Shown here: positions 8,677-18,891 of the stretch, one piece after another
How the letters are laid out: each line of letters opens with the position of its first letter
Position numbering within the stretch: position 1 is the stretch's first letter
Source: Rhodothermales bacterium
GTDB taxonomy: Bacteria > Bacteroidota > Rhodothermia > Rhodothermales > Bin80
DNA length: 64,000 nt
Reading direction: 5' to 3'
NCBI GenBank assembly: GCA_963665975.1
Contig: OY762508.1
Span: forward strand, 3,357,456-3,421,455
The notes under the pieces: model-generated
Told to the model about the DNA's origin: nothing
What the model saw: only the letters and a program-made list of their open reading frames with translations
Database searches by the model: none
Position numbers and translations under genes: made by a program

Positions 8677-8892
8677 AGACGAGGCGGAGACGGGAACCGT
8701 GATCTGTAATGGCGATTGAGGCACCGGCAACTATGGTGAATTCCGCCGGGTAACAGCAACTCCCTCCATGTTTGTCTCCGCACGCCTCGCGTCGAATCGA
8801 CCAATATGAAACACTGCCAAGTACTCAGTAACGTTACGTGGTCTTTCACTCACACGAACATCCATTCATAACCCGGCTCACAAGAAGAAATT

Positions 8893-10341
8893 ATGAGGCT
8901 CTTGACACGCCAGACGAAGATCGTCTCCACCGTGGGACCCGCTTCGACGAATCGCAAGACGATTGCCGCGCTTATTGCGGCGGGCACGGATGTGGTCCGC
9001 CTCAATTTTTCGCACGGCACGCACGATGACCATCGCCGCGCCGCCACTTTCGTGCGACAGGAGGCAGAGCGACAGGACAGACAGGTATCGTTACTGCAGG
9101 ATCTGCAGGGCCCACGCATCCGGGTGGGTAACATGGCGAACGATTGCGTAGAGCTTGCGGTTGGCAAGCAGGTCCTGCTCACCGCAGAAACCATGGAGAC
9201 ATGCACGGCAGAGCGCGTCTCTGTGAGCTACGACGCGCTAGCGCGGGATGTTACTCCGGGCGGCAGGATACTGGTGGACGACGGGCTGCTGGAGCTGAAG
9301 GCAGTAGAAACCCGCGGGGCCGATGTGCTGGCGGAAGTCATCGTGGGCGGTCCGCTGCGCTCGCGCAAGGGAGTGAACCTGCCACGCGTTCGCGCGACAG
9401 GGCCCGCGCTGACGGAAAAGGACCTGAAGGACCTGGCCGTGGGCGTCGAGATCGGCGTAGACTTTATCGCACTCTCCTTTGTTCGCGACGAGACCGATGT
9501 GGTGCACCTGCGCCGCAGGGTTGCCGAAACCGGCCATCGCGCGCATATCATCGCCAAGATCGAGAAGCCGGAAGCAGTAGCCTGCGTGGATGCCATACTG
9601 GCGGTCTCTGATGGCATCATGGTAGCCCGTGGGGATCTCGGTATCGAAATGCCGATGGCCGATGTGCCGGGGGCGCAGAAGACCATTATTCACAAGTGCC
9701 GCGAAGCGGGCAAGCCCGTCATTACCGCAACACAGATGCTCGAAAGCATGATCGAGAATATCGTGCCGACGAGAGCCGAGGCCAGCGATGTCGCCAATGC
9801 CGTACTCGACGGCACCGACGCCGTGATGCTCTCCGGAGAAACCGCCATAGGCAAGCACCCTGCGGCCGTAGTCGCGGCCATGTCGAGCATCGTCCTGTCG
9901 GCGGAGGAACACTGGGAGACGATGCCGCCCGCCAAGCGTCGCCTGTTGCGCCGCGGCGAGGACAGGGCCGAGCCGAATCATGTCACCGAAGCCGTAAGCT
10001 CTACGGCGTGCGAGCTCGCCGAGCAGGTAGGGGCCACGGCCATCGTATGCCTGACCAATTCCGGCACTACCGCCCGGATGATCGCGCGCCATCGCCCGCG
10101 CGTGCCGGTTTACGCGTTTACGGATGAACCGCGTGTAGTAGGACAAATGGGGGTTTTGTGGGGAACAACAGGGTTCAGTATTCCCTTTCAGCATGACACG
10201 GATGCAGGCGTGCGCGTGGTGCATCAAACACTGCTCGATCATGGGCTGGTGCGCCCCGGCGATACAATCGTAGTCACTGCCGGTATGCCGATTAGCGGCA
10301 AGGGCCGCACAAACATGGTGCACGTCAGCTGTGTGTCATAG
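8893..10341 (+). CDS. pyk: Pyruvate kinase
   Basis: 482 aa: MRLLTRQTKIVSTVGPAS...VVRLNFSHGTHDDH...IIAKIEKPEAV...IMVARGDLGIEMP...MLSGETA, the canonical PK motifs. Confidence 0.95.
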   Translation: MRLLTRQTKIVSTVGPASTNRKTIAALIAAGTDVVRLNFSHGTHDDHRRAATFVRQEAERQDRQVSLLQDLQGPRIRVGNMANDCVELAVGKQVLLTAETMETCTAERVSVSYDALARDVTPGGRILVDDGLLELKAVETRGADVLAEVIVGGPLRSRKGVNLPRVRATGPALTEKDLKDLAVGVEIGVDFIALSFVRDETDVVHLRRRVAETGHRAHIIAKIEKPEAVACVDAILAVSDGIMVARGDLGIEMPMADVPGAQKTIIHKCREAGKPVITATQMLESMIENIVPTRAEASDVANAVLDGTDAVMLSGETAIGKHPAAVVAAMSSIVLSAEEHWETMPPAKRRLLRRGEDRAEPNHVTEAVSSTACELAEQVGATAIVCLTNSGTTARMIARHRPRVPVYAFTDEPRVVGQMGVLWGTTGFSIPFQHDTDAGVRVVHQTLLDHGLVRPGDTIVVTAGMPISGKGRTNMVHVSCVS

Positions 10342-10353
10342 CCCGCCTGCCAA

Positions 10354-13300
10354 ATGAAGGGTTCCATGCGTCGTTTCCTGGTATTGGTCCTACTCGTCGT
10401 CTGTGGCTGCGGCCGCGGATCCTTTGTCGGCCAGCGCCTGGACAACTTTTCGGCCTACTACAATACGTTTTATAATGCGGAGAAGGCCTTGGAAACAGGT
10501 GTGGAGGCAATGCTCGAGAACCTCGATCGGCAGGAAATCGATCAGGACACCTATCTGTCACTGTTCGGCAGGAACAGCAGAGGGTCCACGCAGCGCAAGC
10601 CGTTCGAGGACGCGCTAAAGAAAAGCGCTGACGTGTTGCGCGAGCACCCCGACTCCAAGTGGGTCGACGATGCGATGATGACCATCGGCGAGGCGTGGTT
10701 CCACACGCAGAACTATGTCGGGGCGGAAGAGAAATTCAATGAACTTCTTGCCATCGAGTCGCCGCTGCACGACAAGGCGCGCTTCTGGCTCGCACGCACG
10801 CTGATCGCCAGCAAGCAGTATGACGAAGCTTTTAATTTCTTGGCGGCAACGTTGAATCGGGACGATATTTCGGCTCGCTGGGAGCCTCACCTCAGGCTTG
10901 CCCTGGCCGACCTGCACGTCCAGCGCGAGAATTGGGAACAGGCCGCGCAGGCATTGGAGACAGGCCTGGAAGCTGTCGATGACCGCTATCTCGCAGGCCG
11001 CGCTGAATTTCTTCTGGGACAGATTTACGAAACCCTGGAGCGGTATGATGACGCCGTACAGACCTATGATCGTGTACAAGACTACAAGCCGTTCTATGAG
11101 CTCTCCTATGCCGCACAGTACAGCGCGGTGCGCGTGCTAGCGGATTATGGGGATCCCGAGGAAGCTATGCGCAGGCTGCGGCGCATGGAGCGGGATGACA
11201 AGAATTATGACCATCGTGGAAAACTTGCGTACCTGCGGGGACGTGTCCTGCTGGCACTTGGGTACGACGGTGACACATTGGACATCTACGACGAATTGCT
11301 GTACGACCCACTGGCAGCCGGCGCGCAGGTCCGAGGACACATTCATTATGCGCTCGGCGAATACTACCGTGATGCCGTGATCGACTTTCCATACGCCGCA
11401 GCGCACTTCGATTCGGCGCGACAGACGCTTTCCGCCGGCCGCACAGTCTTTCGCCAGGGTGGATCGGAAGCGCCAATATATGCGCCATCCGCCATTACCG
11501 ATGCAGAAGATCAAGCGCGTGTATTTCTTTCCTATGCAGACGCGATGGACCGCGTTGCACTGTTGGATTCGCTCCTGTATCTGGGGAGCCTGGACGACAG
11601 CACGTACAATGCCCTGGTCCTTGAGTTACGGCAACAGAGGGCGGAGGAATTGGAAAGACAGCGCCGCGAATCGGCAAAGAACAGGGCGGAGGCGCAGTTC
11701 CGCAACAATCCCGGAAATAATTTCGATTCGGGCTTCGGCCGAACTCCGCAGGGCAAGGACTTGCAGGGTGGCCAAACGGATACGGGGAGTGATGCGGGAT
11801 TTCTGTTCCATCGCGACAATGTGCGCATGCAGCAGGCACAGGCCGATTTTGCTCTCCTGTGGGGAAACCGTCCGCTTGCACCGGACTGGCGCCGTAGCGC
11901 CGCCGTTCGAGCCATGGCGGAGGAGGGATATGAGGACGATGGTCTCCTGGAGGAGGAAGAGGACCCCGAGGATGCCCTGCCGGAAGTGGACATGTCGGCA
12001 GTGCCTCGGGATGAAGAGAGCCGTCAGCGGACGCTCGAGAATCGGGCGGCGGCACGCTACGCACTGGCCAACGTGCTCTTTCTGTCCATGCACCGGCCAG
12101 ACTCAGCGGCTGCATGGTATCGCATGGTGATTGAGGAGGACGAGGACTCCGACGTGGCGCCGCGGGCTTACTACGCGCTCGGCGAGGTGCAACGGTCACT
12201 CGGAGACACGCTGTCCGCGGAACGCATTTACCGCACCATTATTGATCGGTATCCGACATCGGATTTTTCCGTGCGTGTGTTTGAGCGGTTGGGTATTGAG
12301 CCGACGAGCGAACCGATGCCGGATTCGCTGACGAGAGCGGAGGCAGCCTATGATGCCGCGCTCGGGAGCTGGAGAGACGGGGCTTACGCCTCGACACTGG
12401 ATCACATGGTGCAGGTGGCGATCACCTATCCGACCACGCAGGTGGCGCCGCGTGCGCTGCTTGCGGCGGGTTCCGTATATATGGAGTGGGCGGCGCGTGA
12501 CAGCCTGGACGTGCTTGGCGAGCTGCCGTTGTCTGTGCCTGACTCGGTGCTGTATGCCAGCAAGATTTTCGATACATCGCAAAGAATGACGTCCATCAGC
12601 CAGGGTAAATCCGTTCGGACGGAGCGTGTCGAGAAGGGAGGGAATGCGCAGCAGACACAGGAGAACAGAGACTCAACGGCGACCGAGCCGCTAAGTCTCG
12701 TGACGCTGTACAAGCAACTGGCGGAGGCCTATCCGACCTCGCATCAGGCTACGATGGCCAACGCAACGCGGTCCGTCCTCACCGGAATAATCAACACCCG
12801 GGCTGCTGAATCCAGACGCCTTGCTGCGATAGCGGACTCGTTGGCGGCAGTTGATTCGCTGGTCGTCGCGGACTCGTTGGCGGCAGTTGATTCGCTGGTC
12901 ATCGCGGACTCTCTTGGCAAGGTCCTGCCGGATGCGCTTGTTGCAGCGGATTCCCTTGGCCAGGCCACCGGCGACTCGCTGGCGCTGGCGGATTCACCCG
13001 TCGGAGTCGCGACGGATTCGTTGGCCATGGCGGAGGAGACATTTGAGGCTTCCGCAATCGCTGCTGCGGAGCAGGATACAGTCCTGCCGGCGCCTGCCGG
13101 TCATCCGCCAGCCCCGGATCCTGGCGGCGAGGGAGATCAGTTGCAGCTGCCAGGCCTTGGTCTTATAGACTGGACGCTGGGTGGATACACCGTGCTCATC
13201 CGCACCGAAACACGTCATGAAAACGCCATCGGATTTGCCAACAACTTCGGACTGACATTGCCGGGCCTGAACCATCCTATCGATGTCTATGCCGCTGCGG

Positions 13301-13437
13301 TGAAAGATGGAATCGAATTCAGAATTGGCATCGGGCTCTTCCAGACGGTGCCACAGGCCGAAAGTGTGCTGGAAGCATACCGGGATCAACTCCCGTCGGA
13401 TGCGCGGGTGCAGCGCATTCCCAACACGCGCCAATAG
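10354..13437 (+). CDS. TPR-repeat lipoprotein with a C-terminal SPOR (peptidoglycan-binding) domain
   Basis: It has a lipobox-like N-terminus (LVLVLLVVCGCG), multiple TPR-like helices, and a C-terminus GYTVLIRTETRHENAIGFANNF...EFRIGIGLFQTVPQAESVLEAYRDQLP that resembles SPOR. Confidence 0.7.
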   Translation: MKGSMRRFLVLVLLVVCGCGRGSFVGQRLDNFSAYYNTFYNAEKALETGVEAMLENLDRQEIDQDTYLSLFGRNSRGSTQRKPFEDALKKSADVLREHPDSKWVDDAMMTIGEAWFHTQNYVGAEEKFNELLAIESPLHDKARFWLARTLIASKQYDEAFNFLAATLNRDDISARWEPHLRLALADLHVQRENWEQAAQALETGLEAVDDRYLAGRAEFLLGQIYETLERYDDAVQTYDRVQDYKPFYELSYAAQYSAVRVLADYGDPEEAMRRLRRMERDDKNYDHRGKLAYLRGRVLLALGYDGDTLDIYDELLYDPLAAGAQVRGHIHYALGEYYRDAVIDFPYAAAHFDSARQTLSAGRTVFRQGGSEAPIYAPSAITDAEDQARVFLSYADAMDRVALLDSLLYLGSLDDSTYNALVLELRQQRAEELERQRRESAKNRAEAQFRNNPGNNFDSGFGRTPQGKDLQGGQTDTGSDAGFLFHRDNVRMQQAQADFALLWGNRPLAPDWRRSAAVRAMAEEGYEDDGLLEEEEDPEDALPEVDMSAVPRDEESRQRTLENRAAARYALANVLFLSMHRPDSAAAWYRMVIEEDEDSDVAPRAYYALGEVQRSLGDTLSAERIYRTIIDRYPTSDFSVRVFERLGIEPTSEPMPDSLTRAEAAYDAALGSWRDGAYASTLDHMVQVAITYPTTQVAPRALLAAGSVYMEWAARDSLDVLGELPLSVPDSVLYASKIFDTSQRMTSISQGKSVRTERVEKGGNAQQTQENRDSTATEPLSLVTLYKQLAEAYPTSHQATMANATRSVLTGIINTRAAESRRLAAIADSLAAVDSLVVADSLAAVDSLVIADSLGKVLPDALVAADSLGQATGDSLALADSPVGVATDSLAMAEETFEASAIAAAEQDTVLPAPAGHPPAPDPGGEGDQLQLPGLGLIDWTLGGYTVLIRTETRHENAIGFANNFGLTLPGLNHPIDVYAAAVKDGIEFRIGIGLFQTVPQAESVLEAYRDQLPSDARVQRIPNTRQ
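12832..12903 (+). repeat. 36-bp tandem repeat (2 near-perfect units, with degenerate copies to about 13030) encoding ADSLAAVDSLVx
   Basis: gcggactcgttggcggcagttgattcgctggtc(g/a)tc occurs twice in tandem. Downstream are degenerate ADSL/GDSL/TDSL units. Confidence 0.85.
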
Positions 13438-13505
13438 GAGTCAGAAGCGGAACCTCCAGCGATGGCCAGAGGTTTGCGAGATTTTACATCAAGCGTGTGA
13501 TTTGC

Positions 13506-15614
13506 ATGTCTGAGAAGGAGCGCGCGGAGCAAAAGGAAGAGGAAGAGGGTCGGGACGCTCGGGAGGACCGAAGACGAGTGCCGGCGGAAGGGCGCCGTCC
13601 GAGGTTTCCCATGTGGATCTATGCGGTGATTTTCGTTGCGCTGCTAATCCAGATCGTGGTCTTCCTGCGCACCCCGGAAACCAATTCGATTGAGTACAGC
13701 ACGTTTCTGGAGTATGTTGAGCAGGGCTATGTAGCCAGCCTCAAGATAATCGACGATAGACGCATAGAGGGGGAGTATACCGACGAGGCTGTAAGCGATC
13801 GCCAGGTCGAGTTACCGGAGAACGAGAGTGATTTTCTGGGGGCAGGCGCGCAGCGAAACGTCTTCGTGACGACCAAGACGGCCAATCACGACCTGGTTGA
13901 GTTTCTTAGCGAGGTCAACAAGGGCGCGCCGGAGGAAGCGATTCGCTTCGAGGCGGTCTACAACGAAAAATGGTTTGGTGGTATCCTGGCCTGGGTCTTG
14001 CCGCTGGCGATTCTCGTCGCGATCTGGGTGTTCTTTCTGCGCCGCATGAACCCCGGCTCCCATGTGCTCAACATCGGCAAGAACAAGGCAGTGCTGTTTG
14101 ATGCCATGGGAGAGCAACTGGTCAACTTCAGTGACGTGGCCGGGCTTGACGAGGCGAAGGGCGAAGTGGCGGAAGTGGTAGAGTTCTTGCAGACCCCCAA
14201 GAAGTTCACCAAGCTTGGTGGAGCACTACCCAAGGGCGTCCTGCTGGTGGGGCCGCCAGGCACCGGTAAAACGCTGCTTGGAAAAGCCGTGGCAGGCGAG
14301 GCTGGTGTGCCATTCTTTTCCCTGTCGGGAAGCGACTTCGTGGAGATGTTTGTAGGCGTAGGCGCAGCCCGCGTGCGAGATCTCTTCAAGCAGGCCAAGG
14401 AGAAGGCGCCGTGCATCGTATTTATTGACGAAATTGATGCGATCGGCCGCAGCCGCGGCCGCGGCATGATGATGGGAGCGAACGACGAGCGCGAAAATAC
14501 GCTCAACCAGCTTCTCGTCGAAATGGATGGCTTCAACACCGACAAGGGCGTCATCATTATGGCGGCGACCAACCGCCCGGATGTGCTCGACACCGCCCTG
14601 TTGCGCCCCGGCCGTTTCGATCGTCAAATCCTGATCGACCGGCCGGACCGGCTCGAACGGGAGGCCATCTTTATCGTGCATACGCGGAAGCTGCTGCTCC
14701 ACGAGAGCGTCAATCACGCGGTCCTCGCAAGTCAGACGCCCGGCTTCGCCGGCGCCGAGATCGCCAACGTGTGCAACGAAGCGGCCCTGTTGGCGGCGCG
14801 GCTGGAAAAAGACTCCATCGAAATGATCGATTTCGAGAAAGCGATCGATCGCGTGATTGCAGGGCTGGAAAAGAAGAACAAGCTCATCAAGCCCGAGGAG
14901 AAGCGTATCGTTGCCTACCATGAAGCCGGGCATGCCATCACCGGATGGTATCTGAAGAATACCGATCCCGTTATCAAGGTCTCGATTGTGCCCCGCGGTC
15001 TGGCAGCGCTGGGATTTGCGCAATCGCTGCCGGACGAACGGTACATCACCACCAAGGAAGCCTTCATGGACCAGATGACCATGATGATCGGCGGTCGGGT
15101 GGCGGAGGAGATTATTTTCGGTCAACTGTCGACGGGGGCGCAGAATGACCTCGAGCGCATCACCAAGACGGCATATGCTATGGTGGTGGATTTCGGGATG
15201 AGCGAACGTGTGGGCCACGTAAGTTTCAACGTGTCTCGCGGACGCAAGGACACTCCCGTCTTCGACAAACCGTACTCGGAAACCCTGGCGCACATCATTG
15301 ACGAAGAGGTCAAGTTGTTGATCGATGACGTGCGGCAGCGGGCATACGCCATGCTGACCGAAAGACGTGACAAACTGGAGGAGCTGGCCCGCGCTCTCCT
15401 GGAGCGCGAAGTGCTTGGACCCAAGGAACTGGTGGATATCCTGGGTAAGCGGCCATACGGTGAATATGTATCCTACAATGGTTCGACAGCGCAGGGAGAC
15501 GATAGCCCGGCGATACCACTCGGAGAGGAGCAGGGAAATGGACACGTCACGAATGAAGCGACGCTGCCCGACGAAATCGTTCCGGAAGAACCGTCCGATG
15601 CAGCGTCAGCGTGA
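13506..15614 (+). CDS. ftsH: ATP-dependent zinc metalloprotease FtsH
   Basis: Walker A GPPGTGKT, Walker [33 protein letters not shown], zinc site HEAGHA. I chose the ATG at 13506; the ORF track starts at the GTG at 13497. Confidence 0.95.
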   Translation: MSEKERAEQKEEEEGRDAREDRRRVPAEGRRPRFPMWIYAVIFVALLIQIVVFLRTPETNSIEYSTFLEYVEQGYVASLKIIDDRRIEGEYTDEAVSDRQVELPENESDFLGAGAQRNVFVTTKTANHDLVEFLSEVNKGAPEEAIRFEAVYNEKWFGGILAWVLPLAILVAIWVFFLRRMNPGSHVLNIGKNKAVLFDAMGEQLVNFSDVAGLDEAKGEVAEVVEFLQTPKKFTKLGGALPKGVLLVGPPGTGKTLLGKAVAGEAGVPFFSLSGSDFVEMFVGVGAARVRDLFKQAKEKAPCIVFIDEIDAIGRSRGRGMMMGANDERENTLNQLLVEMDGFNTDKGVIIMAATNRPDVLDTALLRPGRFDRQILIDRPDRLEREAIFIVHTRKLLLHESVNHAVLASQTPGFAGAEIANVCNEAALLAARLEKDSIEMIDFEKAIDRVIAGLEKKNKLIKPEEKRIVAYHEAGHAITGWYLKNTDPVIKVSIVPRGLAALGFAQSLPDERYITTKEAFMDQMTMMIGGRVAEEIIFGQLSTGAQNDLERITKTAYAMVVDFGMSERVGHVSFNVSRGRKDTPVFDKPYSETLAHIIDEEVKLLIDDVRQRAYAMLTERRDKLEELARALLEREVLGPKELVDILGKRPYGEYVSYNGSTAQGDDSPAIPLGEEQGNGHVTNEATLPDEIVPEEPSDAASA

Positions 15615-15814
15615 CAGCAGGTTGTACAATACTGATCAGATAGTATATAACAATAAATCAAACGATTTCGATTCAAACGGGGATAAATGCTACGCAGGTG
15701 CTGCAATTAACACGATCTTAAAGCACACCCTTGCGAGTATGCCGTAAGAAGCCCTATCTTGAAAAGCTGCAACGGAATTGGCAAGATTTCAGATTCCACA
15801 ATACGGAAAGCTAC

Positions 15815-16189
15815 GTGCCGACCATTCAACAACTGGTGCGCAAAGGCCGTCACCCTAAGGTGCGGAAAACAAAAGCGGCGGCGCTGCAGGGCAATCCCCA
15901 GCGGCGCGGCGTGTGCACACGCGTCTATACTACGACGCCAAAAAAACCAAACTCCGCGCTTCGAAAGGTCGCCAAGGTGCGGCTGACCAATGGCATTGAG
16001 GTGATCGCCTACATTCCAGGCGAAGGGCATAACCTGCAGGAGCACTCTATTGTGCTGGTGCGGGGTGGCCGCGTGAAGGACCTGCCTGGTGTGAAGTATC
16101 ACATCGTGCGTGGGGCCCTGGACACCTCAGGAGTGGAAGACCGCACGCAGTCGCGCTCCAAGTACGGAACCAAGCGACCCAGACAATAA
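15815..16189 (+). CDS. rpsL: 30S ribosomal protein S12
   Basis: From the GTG at 15815: [57 protein letters not shown]. The track start at 15731 is an upstream extension. Confidence 0.95.
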   Translation: MPTIQQLVRKGRHPKVRKTKAAALQGNPQRRGVCTRVYTTTPKKPNSALRKVAKVRLTNGIEVIAYIPGEGHNLQEHSIVLVRGGRVKDLPGVKYHIVRGALDTSGVEDRTQSRSKYGTKRPRQ

Positions 16190-16274
16190 CCGTCATTGGC
16201 GGTGCATGCTGTGCCTCGGCACATAGAGACAGCATCTCGTAACCGCTCCGAACGCAGACCACGATCAGGGAGCT

Positions 16275-16742
16275 ATGCGTAGAAAGTCAGCCGAAAGGAG
16301 ACTAGCCTCGCCGGATCCGCGATACGATGACGCCCTCGTGTCGCGCTTTATTAACTATGTCATGCGGGACGGCAAGAAAAGCGTGGCGCAGGGAATCGTA
16401 TACAATGCCTTTGCCATCATCGAGCAGCGTACGGGTGAGGCGGGCATCGAGGTGTTTCGGAAGGCCGTTCAGAACGTGTCGCCGCTGGTGGAAGTGCGCA
16501 GCCGCCGCGTGGGCGGCGCCACCTACCAGGTGCCCATCGAGGTGCGTACGGATCGGCGCGTGGCGCTGGCCTTCCGCTGGATCATTCAGTACGCGAGAAA
16601 TCGGAATGACCGCGCGATGGCCAATCGCCTGGCCAATGAACTCATTGCCGCGGCGAAGGGTGAGGGCGGATCTATCAAGAAAAAAGACGACACGCACCGA
16701 ATGGCAGAGTCCAACAGGGCGTTTGCGCATTTCCGGTTCTAG
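16275..16742 (+). CDS. rpsG: 30S ribosomal protein S7
   Basis: 155 aa: ...[27 protein letters not shown]...YQVPIEVR...; position in the str operon. Confidence 0.97.
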   Translation: MRRKSAERRLASPDPRYDDALVSRFINYVMRDGKKSVAQGIVYNAFAIIEQRTGEAGIEVFRKAVQNVSPLVEVRSRRVGGATYQVPIEVRTDRRVALAFRWIIQYARNRNDRAMANRLANELIAAAKGEGGSIKKKDDTHRMAESNRAFAHFRF

Positions 16743-16751
16743 ATAGCAACA

Positions 16752-18857
16752 ATGAGCAAACCGAGAGCCATACCGCTTCGTCGCATGCGCAATATTGGCA
16801 TCATGGCCCATATTGACGCAGGCAAGACGACCACCACCGAACGGGTCCTGTTCTACACGGGACGACTGCATCGGATGGGTGAGGTGCACGAAGGCGGTGC
16901 GACGATGGACTGGATGGAGCAGGAGAAGGAGCGCGGTATCACCATTACGAGTGCTGCGACGACCTGCTTCTGGGAGCGGAATTCGGAGGATTACCGCATC
17001 AATATCATTGATACTCCCGGCCACGTGGACTTTACCGTCGAGGTCGAACGCTCGCTGCGCGTTCTGGACGGAGCGATCGCGCTCTTTTGTGCGGTGGGCG
17101 GCGTGGAGCCCCAGTCCGAAACCGTCTGGCGACAGGCAAACAAGTACAAGGTGCCACGGATCGCCTTTGTGAACAAGATGGATCGGACAGGTGCCGACTT
17201 TACGGAGGCCGTCACGTCCATGGCAGAGCGCCTCAAGGCAAAGGCCGTGCCGGTACAGATTCCGATCGGCGCCGGCGCATTGTTTCGGGGCGTGATCGAC
17301 TTGATCACCAATAAAGCTATTATCTGGCACGATGCAACGCAGGGTGCGACGTGGGATGAAATCGACATCCCGGAAGATCTGAAAAACGAGACCAGGCACT
17401 GGCGCATCCTTCTTCTGGAAGCCATAGCCGAGTACAACGACGCCCTGCTCATGAAATATCTCGAAGGGGAGGATATCACCCCCGACGAGATTCGCGAGAC
17501 CGTCCGCAAGGCGACGCTGGACCTGGACATTACACCGGTGTTCTGCGGCACGGCATTCAAGAACAAGGGCATTCAGCGTCTGCTGGATGGCGTAATCGAC
17601 TATCTGCCCAGTCCGCTGGATGTGCCCTCAGTCGAAGGCATTGTCCCGCGCACCGAACGCGTCGTGGAGCGGCGCCCGGTAGTGTCTGAGCCGTTTAGCG
17701 CCATTGCCTTCAAGATTGCCACCGATCCGTATGTCGGAAAGCTGACATTCATGCGCGTCTATAGCGGCGCCCTGGACAAGGGCTCGCAGGTGTACAACGC
17801 GACCACGGACCGCAAGGAGCGTATCGGCCGCCTATTGTTCATGCACGCCAACCGCAGGGAAGATGTGTCGCGTGTCGAGGCGGGTGATATCGCAGCCGCC
17901 GTGGGCCTCAAGAAGGTGCGCACCGGAGAGACGCTCTCGGCTCCGGACGAGCCGGTAATCCTGGAAAAGATGGACTTCCCGGATCCCGTGATTCGGATCG
18001 CCATCGAGCCCCGGACCAAGGCGGATAGCGACAAGCTCACCACCGGCCTGCAGAAGCTGGCCGAGGAGGACCCGACCTTCAAAGTGTCGGTGGATCCGGA
18101 GACCGGGCAAACCCTGATTGCCGGGATGGGAGAGCTGTACCTCGAGATCATCGTAGACCGCCTCCGCCGGGAGTTCAAGGTTGAAGCGAACGTGGGCAAG
18201 CCACAGGTAGCCTACCGCGAAGCCATCAAGAAGACCGTGGACGAGCGGTATACGCACAAGAAGCAGACCGGTGGTCGGGGACAGTTTGCCGTCATCCATG
18301 TGGAGATCGGTCCCAATGAGAGTGGCGTCGGCTTTGAGTTCGTCAACGAAATCGTCGGAGGGGCCATCCCGAAGGAGTTTATTCCCTCTGTCCAGAAAGG
18401 CATCCAGGCGGCGCTGGACCAAGGCCCGCTGGCTGGCTATCCGATCGAAGGCGTCAAGGCGCGACTGTATGACGGCAAGCATCACGACGTGGATTCGGAC
18501 CAGCACGCCTTTGAAATCGCAGGTCAGATGGCCTTCCGCAGCGCAGCCCGCAAGGCGAGGCCTGTGCTCATGGAGCCCATCATGAACGTCGAAGTCGTGA
18601 CGCCCGAACAGTATATGGGAGATGTCATCGGCGACCTCAACAGCCGTCGGGGACGCATATCATCGATGAACCAGCGGCAAGATGCCCATGTCATCAATGC
18701 GCTGGTGCCGCTGTCCCACATGTTTGGGTACTCGACCGATATGCGGTCGATCACCCAGGGCCGCGCGATCTATTCGATGCAGTTCGAGACCTACGAAGAG
18801 GTCCCAAAGAGTATCGCGGAATCTATCGTCCTGACAACCAACGGGGCGGCGAGGTAA
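16752..18857 (+). CDS. fusA: Elongation factor G
   Basis: 701 aa with [17 protein letters not shown] and NKMD motifs. Confidence 0.97.
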   Translation: MSKPRAIPLRRMRNIGIMAHIDAGKTTTTERVLFYTGRLHRMGEVHEGGATMDWMEQEKERGITITSAATTCFWERNSEDYRINIIDTPGHVDFTVEVERSLRVLDGAIALFCAVGGVEPQSETVWRQANKYKVPRIAFVNKMDRTGADFTEAVTSMAERLKAKAVPVQIPIGAGALFRGVIDLITNKAIIWHDATQGATWDEIDIPEDLKNETRHWRILLLEAIAEYNDALLMKYLEGEDITPDEIRETVRKATLDLDITPVFCGTAFKNKGIQRLLDGVIDYLPSPLDVPSVEGIVPRTERVVERRPVVSEPFSAIAFKIATDPYVGKLTFMRVYSGALDKGSQVYNATTDRKERIGRLLFMHANRREDVSRVEAGDIAAAVGLKKVRTGETLSAPDEPVILEKMDFPDPVIRIAIEPRTKADSDKLTTGLQKLAEEDPTFKVSVDPETGQTLIAGMGELYLEIIVDRLRREFKVEANVGKPQVAYREAIKKTVDERYTHKKQTGGRGQFAVIHVEIGPNESGVGFEFVNEIVGGAIPKEFIPSVQKGIQAALDQGPLAGYPIEGVKARLYDGKHHDVDSDQHAFEIAGQMAFRSAARKARPVLMEPIMNVEVVTPEQYMGDVIGDLNSRRGRISSMNQRQDAHVINALVPLSHMFGYSTDMRSITQGRAIYSMQFETYEEVPKSIAESIVLTTNGAAR

Positions 18858-18891
18858 TCCGCACGAGCAGACACACAAACCGCAACACGCC

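Larger units (their letters stand above)
7844..8760 (+). mobile_element. 5'-truncated group II intron remnant (partial RT/maturase ORF plus domain V); the 3' boundary is uncertain
   Basis: A maturase X-domain sequence is followed about 100 nt later by a domain V-like hairpin. The 5' part (domains I-III, RT domains 0-6) is missing where the IS256 fragment abuts. Confidence 0.55.

Noticed and set aside
15614-15815. A candidate sigma70-like promoter upstream of rpsL (ttgcga at 15731, 18 nt, tatctt at 15755).
   Set aside because: It is a plausible match, but FCB-group promoters use a different consensus and the match is weak. It is not supportable from sequence alone.
9238-17399. Other long antisense ORFs: 9238-10323 (opposite pyk), 14226-15545 (opposite ftsH), 16302-17399 (opposite rpsG/fusA) and 29653-30951 (opposite secY).
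   Set aside because: Each lies fully inside a strongly conserved gene on the other strand. High GC suppresses stop codons, and I recognised no motifs.
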